A stretch of 63,724 nt of DNA, filler included, from Aduncisulcus paluster (taxonomy: Eukaryota): the NCBI GenBank assembly GCA_024181965.1. It is 42 parts of 42 records of this genome, joined end to end, with 100 filler letters (N's around TTAATTAATTAA, not from the genome) between each part and the next. Parts side by side here need not be neighbours in the genome. Positions count along the whole stretch, not along the records: positions 56,235 to 57,283 come from BQXS01009849.1; positions 57,384 to 58,507 come from BQXS01009850.1; positions 58,608 to 59,792 come from BQXS01009851.1; positions 59,893 to 61,078 come from BQXS01009852.1; positions 61,179 to 62,361 come from BQXS01009853.1; positions 62,462 to 63,724 come from BQXS01009854.1; 36 more parts are not named here. One strand, 5' to 3'. Of the stretch, positions 56,135-63,724 are shown piece by piece. The translations under genes and the position numbers were made by a program. The stretch's first letter is position 1, and the number at the start of each line of letters is the position of its first letter. The notes below the pieces were generated by a model. It was not told where the DNA came from and did no database searches. It saw nothing but the letters and a program-made list of their open reading frames with translations.

Positions 56135-56234
56135 NNNNNNNNNNNNNNNNNNNNNNNNNNNNNNNNNNNNNNNNNNNNTTAATTAATTAANNNNNNNNNN
56201 NNNNNNNNNNNNNNNNNNNNNNNNNNNNNNNNNN

Positions 56235-56357
56235 GATGCTGCCCTTGCGGATCGGGTATTGGAACTCGTCGTCACCGATGTACACGCGCCCCTGCGCTGT
56301 GACCCGAAACGGCTTGTTTCCGTTCTCCCGAAACTCCTCGGGCGGCAAGGGGTTCAC
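56235..56357 (-). CDS. Phage-like hypothetical protein, N-terminal fragment
   Basis: GTG start overlapping the previous TGA (GTGA); MNPLPPEEFRENGNKPFRVTAQG. Confidence 0.5.
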
Positions 56358-56701
56358 GATCGCACCGGCTCGCTGTTCATCTCGGCCTCGGCATCCTCGG
56401 GCGGTGCGGTCGGCGATGGCATGTCCCTTGCGGGTACGACGGATGGCTCGCTGCCGTCCTGCTCGACATCGAGCGTCCAGCCCTTGGCGTGGGTGGTGAT
56501 GGTCATCGTTGTGTTGCCAGTGGGCTGCCCCAGCCCGGCGAGTGTCGCCGTCCGGGCAAGGGTGGCCATGACAGCCAGACCCCAACCCTGCCCGCCGGAT
56601 TGGCGCTTGAGGTCTGGGAGGTTGGGAGGCGTCGCGCGCCAGGTGCCCGGATCGGCGTCCATCAGGGTCTTGCCATCAACAATGATCTTGATATTGCTCA
56701 C
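56354..56701 (-). CDS. Phage-like hypothetical protein (115 aa)
   Basis: GTG start overlapping the previous TGA; MSNIKIIVDGKTLMDADPGTW. Confidence 0.6.
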   Translation of the reverse strand: MSNIKIIVDGKTLMDADPGTWRATPPNLPDLKRQSGGQGWGLAVMATLARTATLAGLGQPTGNTTMTITTHAKGWTLDVEQDGSEPSVVPARDMPSPTAPPEDAEAEMNSEPVRS

Positions 56702-57099
56702 TGGGCTGCAATCTTTCTCAGTAGGCGGGCATCGATCGTCACGTCGTTGGTCTTGCCGACGGTGAGCACCAGCAGGGGATTGGTGCGCTGATGGTCGGCA
56801 CGGTCCCACAGCGTGACGATGCGGGTGCCGTCGGGCGCTTCTGCGGCGTCCTGGCGCAGCTGTGCCGCATCGGCTTTCGTGAGGGCCACGAACTCAGTGG
56901 CGATGACCGACTCCAGCGCCTCGGCCCAGAGTTTCGCGGCCTGGCCGACCATTTCCTCGGCTTGCTCGTCGGGCATCCCGGTTGTGCGGAACCCGGGAAT
57001 TGGGATAGTCCGCGGGCCCGAGTTCGAATCGCCGGGATGCGGCAGAGCGCCGGATGCAAAGGTGCGAGTGAGCAGATCCACCAAGAGTTGATTGGCCAT
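56698..57099 (-). CDS. Phage-like hypothetical protein (133 aa)
   Basis: TGATG coupling with the upstream ORF; GC-rich third codon positions. Confidence 0.65.
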   Translation of the reverse strand: MANQLLVDLLTRTFASGALPHPGDSNSGPRTIPIPGFRTTGMPDEQAEEMVGQAAKLWAEALESVIATEFVALTKADAAQLRQDAAEAPDGTRIVTLWDRADHQRTNPLLVLTVGKTNDVTIDARLLRKIAAQ

Positions 57100-57260
57100 C
57101 AGAGGAACGGGTTTCCAGGTGCTTGCATGCGCTGCCTGAACTCGTCGCCAGCGCTTCGCCCGGCCGCGCCATGTGCATGTTCGACCTTGGCGGTCCAGCC
57201 GCGCGACGGGTCGAGACGATTCGCAAGCCTGCGCAGTGCGCGGGCAATGGTGCGCTTCAT
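57099..57260 (-). CDS. Small phage-like hypothetical protein (53 aa)
   Basis: Manual translation MKRTIARALRRLANRLDPSRGW...NPFL*; AGGGGG RBS. Confidence 0.55.
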   Translation of the reverse strand: MKRTIARALRRLANRLDPSRGWTAKVEHAHGAAGRSAGDEFRQRMQAPGNPFL

Positions 57261-57383
57261 GAGTCCCCCTCGGGCTAAGGGTTNNNNNNNNNNNNNNNNN
57301 NNNNNNNNNNNNNNNNNNNNNNNNNNNTTAATTAATTAANNNNNNNNNNNNNNNNNNNNNNNNNNNNNNNNNNNNNNNNNNNN

Positions 57384-57417
57384 AATTATATGATTTATTT
57401 GATTTAAATATTTCCAT
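57384..57417 (-). CDS. secF: Protein translocase SecF start (fragment)
   Basis: [11 protein letters not shown] overlapping the secD stop. Confidence 0.6.
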
Positions 57418-58507
57418 TAGTTAACTCCAAACCATTTTTTTAAGTTTTTATCTTTTGTAATTTTATTTTTTAAAGCTTCGTATATACCGTGAGTTCCTAA
57501 AATTGCAGTGATCATTGAAGCCAAAATACCTATACTAATCGTAACAGCAAAACCTTTAATCGGTCCTGTTCCATATACATATAAGATAACAGCAACTAAA
57601 AGTGTTGTTATATTCGCATCCAAAATTGCACTCATCGCATTTTTATATCCATCTTCTATTGCTTTATGAACACTTTTCCCTTGTTTAAGTAGTTCTCTAA
57701 TTCTTTCATTTATAATAACATTTGCATCAACAGCCATACCAACTGTTAAAACAATACCTGCCATACCTGGTAAAGTAAGAGTTGCTCCAAACATTGCCAT
57801 AACTGCTATGATGATAAAAAGGTTTGTCACTAAAGCAATATTTGAAATTATTCCAGCTAAACCGTAATAAATAATCATAAATACTACAACAAGTAAAAAA
57901 CCTGAAATCAGTGCAAACATTGAAGCATTGATACTATCAGCACCCAAACTTGGACCAACACTTCTTTTTTCAAGCATTATTACGGGTGCAGGTAAGGCAC
58001 CACTTCGTAAAGCAATTGCAACATTCCCCGCTTCATTTACAGTAAAGTTTCCAGAGATTTGTCCACTTCCTCCACCTATTCTTTCCCGAATATTTGGAGC
58101 AGAAAATACTTTTCCATCTAAAACTACAGCCAATCTTTTTCCAATGCTTCTAGCAGTAAAATCACCAAAAACTTTTGCACCAAATGTACTTAAAGTAAAA
58201 TTGATAATAGGTTGGTTTGATTGTTGATCAAATGCAACTTTAGCATCAACAACTTCAGAACCCGTCAAAATAGGAATTTGTTTTACTAAGTATTTAATTT
58301 GAGGGTCGTTTGTATCTTCTAAAATTAAATTTCCCATCTCTTTAGCTTCTTCATCTGATAGATTATAAACTTGATCAGACTTAAGTTCATCAACTTCCAT
58401 AAGTTCTAAGTTTGCAGGTTTTGCAATAAGTTCCCTTGCTCTTTGTTCCTCTTGTGGAGTCTTAATTCCAGGAAGCTCAACAACAATATCATTTTGACCT
58501 TGTCTTG
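57417..58507 (-). CDS. secD: Protein translocase subunit SecD, 5'-truncated
   Basis: [45 protein letters not shown]. Confidence 0.95.
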
Positions 58508-58607
58508 NNNNNNNNNNNNNNNNNNNNNNNNNNNNNNNNNNNNNNNNNNNNTTAATTAATTAANNNNNNNNNNNNNNNNNNNNNNNNNNNNNNNNNNNNN
58601 NNNNNNN

Positions 58608-59659
58608 TGAGTATAAATACTTAACATTAAAGAAGAGCCTAAAATAGCAGTTGCAAGTATTTCTGCCATCTCCTTACGAGTTAGTTGTTTATTATTTTTA
58701 AGTTGTCCTTCATGTGCAATTTGATCTCTAAATTTTTTCAATAAATTTATATCTAATATTAAGTCTTTATCAATTTTTACTAAATCATTTGCTTTACATA
58801 TAAGATTAAGTAAATGATTTAATTGATGCCCATAGGTTGCTCCATTGGATAAAAAACTTTCTACTTTATTTTCACCGTTTTCTTTTTTAAATTCTTTAAA
58901 ACATATTTTATTACATATAAGTTCTAATGCTCTATTTGCATTCATAATTAACTCATATGGTTTCTTGTCAATATAATTATTTAGGGCATTCATTAAATTT
59001 TCAGTATTTAAATCATCTATATCTTTATCAAGCCATTTAATTGTTACTACTAATTTATTATTAATATCAGAAGGGAGTTCATCACCAAATACATTCGTTG
59101 CATAAAAACTGAGAATATTATTGTGTATGATAGTCTGAGTATATCGAGTGTTATTTGGTATTGGTGTTAACATAAATAAATTGCAATTAGGTGTTAAATT
59201 AATATCTAATATTTTTGAATCCTCAGCTATCCCTATATCTGACAAATATAAATCATTCATCTGATTTGCTTTCATCGATACACTAGCCATTGATTCTTTA
59301 GCACCAAATAAAAGATAAGCATAATTAAAAGCATCCTCTAAAATCGCTTCTTTTAATTTATTAAAAAATAAATTCTGATTATTAAATATACTATTGGTAT
59401 GACATCTATCACAAAAAATACCATTCCTCAAATTATAAATATCTACATACATATCTTTATTCATCATGCCTGGGAATTCTTCAAATTTTCTACAAATAGG
59501 ACAAACAAAATTCTCTAAGAAACCAAATGTTTTAAGTTCAGACATTTTAGAATCCATAATTTCTAAAACTTTTACTTTTTGATTTTGAATAGTCTCTTTC
59601 TGCTTTATTTCTTGTTCAATTTTTTGTTGTTCTTGTTCTTCTTTTGTAATTATTTTCAT
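58608..59659 (-). CDS. Hypothetical protein with CxxC...CxxC zinc ribbon and C-terminal HEPN-like domain, 3'-truncated
   Basis: CPIC and CDRC; helix NANRALELI; RDQIAH (RxxxxH) at 58712-58729. Confidence 0.65.
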
Positions 59660-59892
59660 TTGTAAATACCTAATTATGAATTTATATATGGATTAATAAT
59701 TCCATCTTCTACAACTAGCTCTTTAGCTATAACTTTACCTTGTTGGTATGTACTTGCGCTATAAGGAAATAGTCTTTATTCTTTGTGATTTCNNNNNNNN
59801 NNNNNNNNNNNNNNNNNNNNNNNNNNNNNNNNNNNNTTAATTAATTAANNNNNNNNNNNNNNNNNNNNNNNNNNNNNNNNNNNNNNNNNNNN

Positions 59893-60181
59893 CGAGCGTG
59901 GCGGATGCCGCCTTACCGAGCGCCGGCGCACTCCCCCTGGCATACCTCGCGCCCACCAACGTGGCCCCACCCGCGACCACGGCGACCGCGACCAAGTCCA
60001 TTCGATCCTCTGAGACCGCAGCGTCGTCCACGAACCGGAAGCCAAACAGCAAAGCAAAAGCCAGAGCGGGCACCCCGAACGCCACTGCCGCAGTCCCCAC
60101 CCGGGTACCGCCATCGTCTGTCCTGGACACAGTGCGTCCCCCTGGTGATATCGAGTAGCTACCAGAAACTCCTTCTGGCAT
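59893..60181 (-). CDS. Putative membrane protein fragment (high-GC contig)
   Basis: Two hydrophobic helices; start position uncertain. Confidence 0.4.
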
Positions 60182-60421
60182 GTTAGTCCATGCCGCGGAG
60201 CGAAATACCGCTGCGCTCAGACAAGTACAAGGCACACGGGCCAGCCGGGCTTAGGGGCCGTGCTGAATCTCGGGCTTCGCGACTGTCGCCGGACCACAAC
60301 CGCACCGGAGCCGTAGACCCACCCGGAAGATCTCCAAGTACATCTCGGAACGTCCTAGATTGCCGAGCGCGGCTACAGTCGCGCCCGAAGAGGCCCGCCA
60401 GGTTTCCGCTGACATGGTCAA

Positions 60422-61078
60422 TCACCTGCGCAATGTGGAAGGGCTGCCCGAAGCTCCTCCATCGCAGACATAGCGCCGATACCGCGCCGCGATGGCCAAC
60501 ACCCAGTCCTGGCCACTGGTTTCCTCGGGCGTATTGAGCCAACAGCAATTAAGAGCCGGGTTTGGATCTCCGATCAGCCAGCGCGCCACCGCGTCCGCGC
60601 GAAATGCCAACGCGGTAGGGGGCTTCGTACCTTCCAGCGGTGTATCGCGCAGTTGGGCGGTCAGCGTCAGACCGTCCTCGATTTGACTGCACCATTCATC
60701 AACCAAGTCCGAGCTGCTAGCTCCCGGGGCAAGCGGCGTAGCTACAGACGGGAACTCCCTAATGAGAGCTCGGCGTATCGGGCTAAGTACGTACAGCTTT
60801 CGACGGGCCTGCCAATACAGCATCAGTGGTGGCATCAGCAGCCCAGCCAACAGACATACCCCACCAATCGCGGACGGGACCGCGGTCAACCACACGCTCT
60901 GCGGTGCGACCACCAGACCGATGTGGTTACAGATGCCGCCATGCACCACTTGCACCAGCACCGCCGCCGACGCGGTCGCCAACAACCCCAAACCCCACCC
61001 AGCAGGTGATCGATCCGCGCGGCGCACCCCAAGCCAGATCATCTGCACCAGAACAACAGCCATGTAGACATTCGCAAT
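60422..61078 (-). CDS. MAB_1171c/DUF6545-like membrane protein, 5'-truncated (actinobacterial)
   Basis: TM helices then LSPIRRALIREFP...SQIEDGLTL...DWVLAIA. Confidence 0.55.
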   Translation of the reverse strand: MANVYMAVVLVQMIWLGVRRADRSPAGWGLGLLATASAAVLVQVVHGGICNHIGLVVAPQSVWLTAVPSAIGGVCLLAGLLMPPLMLYWQARRKLYVLSPIRRALIREFPSVATPLAPGASSSDLVDEWCSQIEDGLTLTAQLRDTPLEGTKPPTALAFRADAVARWLIGDPNPALNCCWLNTPEETSGQDWVLAIAARYRRYVCDGGASGSPSTLRR

Positions 61079-61178
61079 NNNNNNNNNNNNNNNNNNNNNN
61101 NNNNNNNNNNNNNNNNNNNNNNTTAATTAATTAANNNNNNNNNNNNNNNNNNNNNNNNNNNNNNNNNNNNNNNNNNNN

Positions 61179-62270
61179 TATACTATTTTGTAAAGTTTTG
61201 GCTCTTTGTTTTAAATCTATTATAGGGGTAAAAAGCATTTTAAGAGTTGGAATATCTTCATTTTTACCTAGGAGTAATGATGTGACAGTATCCTCTAAAA
61301 TTGCTAAAGTGATTTTATCAACTCTTAGCATTCGTAAGAGTTGATTTTTCTTTAACTCATCGATATATTTTTTCTTTCCTACTATGATTCCTGCTTGAAT
61401 AGAACCCAAAAGTTTATCTCCAGACAAACTTATCAAACTAGGGTCACATTTCATAATATCTAAAACGCTTGGTTCATGTTGCTTAAGATTATATGGTAAA
61501 TCAATCATATGACCACTACCCATATCATAATAATCTATTACATCATTTCTTTTCGCCGTTTTTACGATATCTTCATGAGTCACTTCACTTGTAAAACCCT
61601 CAATTGAGTAGTTTGATTTATGTACTTTCATCAAAAGAGCTGTATTTTCGTTACAAGCATTTTCATAATCTTTTAGGTGAGTTTTATTTGTAGTACCTAT
61701 CTCTTTTAAAATTGCTCCACTAGAAGCCATCACATCGGGTACTCGAAAACTACCACCGATTTCTACTAGTTCCCCACGACTTACTACAGCTTCTTTATTT
61801 TTTGCAAAAGTGTTTAATACCAAAAAAACTGCACTAGCATTATTATTTACTATTAAAACATCTTCACAACCTACAAGTTCACAAATTACTTTTGATATAT
61901 GCGAGTATCTCTCACCTCGTTTCCCTTTTTCTAAGTCATATTCAAGGTTGTTATATGATGTTACTATATTTTTAACTTTGTCAAATGAAGTAGGGGAGAT
62001 AATACTTCGTCCAAGATTTGTATGTACAATGACACCTGTTGCATTTATCACTTTTTGTAATGATGGAGTAGTGATAGTATTGTATTGGGTTAATACATCA
62101 TTTATAAGCTTTTCTTCATCTATTGATGTCACTTTATTTTCCAAAATATCAACTCTTAATTTTTCTATGAATTGTTTTGCTATTTTAGTTATTAGTTTTA
62201 CAGACATCTTGTTAAAGGTTTTGTGTTGGATAAACTTATCCACCTTTGGAATTGATTTTAGTAAAAGCAT
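61179..62270 (-). CDS. selA: L-seryl-tRNA(Sec) selenium transferase, 3'-truncated
   Basis: VINATGVIVHTNLGR; SRGELVEIGGSFR; GTTNKT; SGDKLLG; RMLRVDK. Confidence 0.95.
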
Positions 62271-62324
62271 TTTTACCCTTTCAGTTTATATGAAGATTAA
62301 TAGTGTAAAATTTTATCAATTCGT

Positions 62325-62361
62325 GGGGGGTATGTGATCCTGGTGGACACCACAGGTTTCA
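62325..62361 (+). tRNA. selC: tRNA-Sec (anticodon UCA), 5' half only
   Basis: GGGGGGTA acceptor strand; long D-arm GTGATCC-TGGT-GGACAC; anticodon stem ACAGG followed by TT-TCA at the contig end; divergent from selA. Confidence 0.75.
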
Positions 62362-62461
62362 NNNNNNNNNNNNNNNNNNNNNNNNNNNNNNNNNNNNNNN
62401 NNNNNTTAATTAATTAANNNNNNNNNNNNNNNNNNNNNNNNNNNNNNNNNNNNNNNNNNNN

Positions 62462-63565
62462 GAGGGGATGAGTATCGAAGAGATTCAGAAAAAAACAGAT
62501 AATCTTATGAAAATATCACGACTCTATAGAAGTAGTAGTGATATGTATATTTTTCCCACAAAGAATTTGATAGTTCAGGCTGAAGATATGTTAGTTGTTG
62601 CAGATACACCTGAAAATCTAAAAAGTTATGAAACTATTTTAGGAGCGGCACTTTATACAACTCTTGGTGCAGTTGATAAAGAACATCCTTTACAAGCTGA
62701 TGAAGATCAAAAAATTGCAGAGATTATTATTTCACAAGGATCAAGATTAAGTAATACTCAACTTAAAAAAACTCACTTTTTAGAGAGAAATCATCTTTTG
62801 GGATTAGCTGTACATAAATCTGGCCGAGTTGTAAAAACTATTTTAAAAGATATTTCTGAAGTAACGCTTAAAGTTGGAGATGTTTTATTGGTACAAGGAA
62901 AAGGTGAACATATTCAAGAACTTAAAAAAAATAGAGAAGTTCTTGTTTTAGATGCAACTTCAGATGTGATTCATTCAAAAAAAGCACCTATTGCTTTTCT
63001 AATTATGTTAGGTATTGTTGTTGTATCAGCAATGGGTATTTTACCTATTGCTATTAGTGCTACTTGCGGTGTGTTGTTGATGCTCTTAACAAATTGTCTC
63101 AATTGGAAAGATGCTTCAAATGCTTTAAATGTACAAGTTATATTAGTAGTTGTAGCATCATTAGCTCTAGGTCAGGCATTACTGAAAACAGGAGCAGCAG
63201 CGTATTTAGCAGGTATATTTGTATCTTTGATGGATGGAAGTTCTACAACTATGATGATAAGTGGATTGATGCTTCTTATGGCAATTATGACAAATATAGT
63301 TTCAAATAATGCTGCTGCTGTTATAGGTACACCAATTGCAATTGGTATAGCACAACAGTTAAATTTACCAGCTGAGCCTTTTGTTCTTGCTGTATTATTT
63401 GGAGCAAATATGAGTTATGCTACACCTATGGCTTACAAAACAAATCTTTTAGTAATGAGTGCAGGGGGATATACATTTAATGATTTTTTAAAAGTTGGAA
63501 TACCTCTTACTCTTATTATGTGGCTTACTTTCTCGTGGCTTTTACCTATTTTATATAACATTTAA
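62462..63565 (+). CDS. SLC13 family permease with TrkA-C domains, 5'-truncated
   Basis: [44 protein letters not shown]. Confidence 0.85.
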   Translation, partial: EGMSIEEIQKKTDNLMKISRLYRSSSDMYIFPTKNLIVQAEDMLVVADTPENLKSYETILGAALYTTLGAVDKEHPLQADEDQKIAEIIISQGSRLSNTQLKKTHFLERNHLLGLAVHKSGRVVKTILKDISEVTLKVGDVLLVQGKGEHIQELKKNREVLVLDATSDVIHSKKAPIAFLIMLGIVVVSAMGILPIAISATCGVLLMLLTNCLNWKDASNALNVQVILVVVASLALGQALLKTGAAAYLAGIFVSLMDGSSTTMMISGLMLLMAIMTNIVSNNAAAVIGTPIAIGIAQQLNLPAEPFVLAVLFGANMSYATPMAYKTNLLVMSAGGYTFNDFLKVGIPLTLIMWLTFSWLLPILYNI

Positions 63566-63724
63566 AATGTCTTATTAATATTTCTTTTATTATGTTCTTC
63601 ACCCCAATAATAAAGCTGTTTTAGTATTGGTTTTAATGTCCCACCATATTGTGTTAAAGAATATTCTACTTTAGGTGGAACTACTGGATAAACCTCTCTA
63701 TGTACTATCCCATCAACTTCTAGT
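63562..63724 (-). CDS. HxlR family transcriptional regulator C-terminus
   Basis: Manual translation [24 protein letters not shown]...WG. Confidence 0.85.
   Translation of the reverse strand, partial: LEVDGIVHREVYPVVPPKVEYSLTQYGGTLKPILKQLYYWGEEHNKRNINKTF

Noticed and set aside
59666..59792. Possible partner gene upstream of the zinc-ribbon/HEPN ORF
   Set aside because: Only about 125 nt are available and all three minus-strand frames contain stops; no recognisable motif, so an operon partner cannot be supported.
56235..61078. Prophage-like genes, secD, the HEPN gene and the DUF6545-like gene as one island
   Set aside because: They are four separate contigs of very different composition joined by linkers.

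Overview
This window is not a contiguous locus. It is a pseudo-scaffold of 42 short contigs (about 1-4 kb each) joined by 41 identical 100-nt linkers (44 N + TTAATTAATTAA + 44 N), so gene neighbourhoods mean something only within a contig. Most contigs are AT-rich and carry Campylobacterota (Arcobacteraceae-like) housekeeping genes, many truncated: dnaA/ruvC with DnaA boxes, infB/rbfA, rplA/rplJ with an L10 leader, smpB, queC, pxpABC, pyrB, selA with half of tRNA-Sec, and others. A minority look foreign: four high-GC contigs (mostly actinobacterial-like, including a mycobacterial prophage-like gene run), plus Bacteroidota-like and Bacillota-like fragments. The best candidates for new biology are: (i) a DUF4041 + GIY-YIG/T5orf172 protein with the architecture of the PD-lambda-1/SNIPE anti-phage nuclease, next to two small DNA-binding ORFs and a palindromic operator; (ii) an uncharacterised zinc-ribbon + HEPN (RxxxxH) protein; (iii) an orphan Phd/YefM-like protein with a long charged tail and a putative operator; (iv) a beta-barrel + FecR-domain repeat protein pair. 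A complete IS630 element and two frameshifted genes (HIT, acpP) are also present. All product calls come from motif recognition by eye, not database searches.
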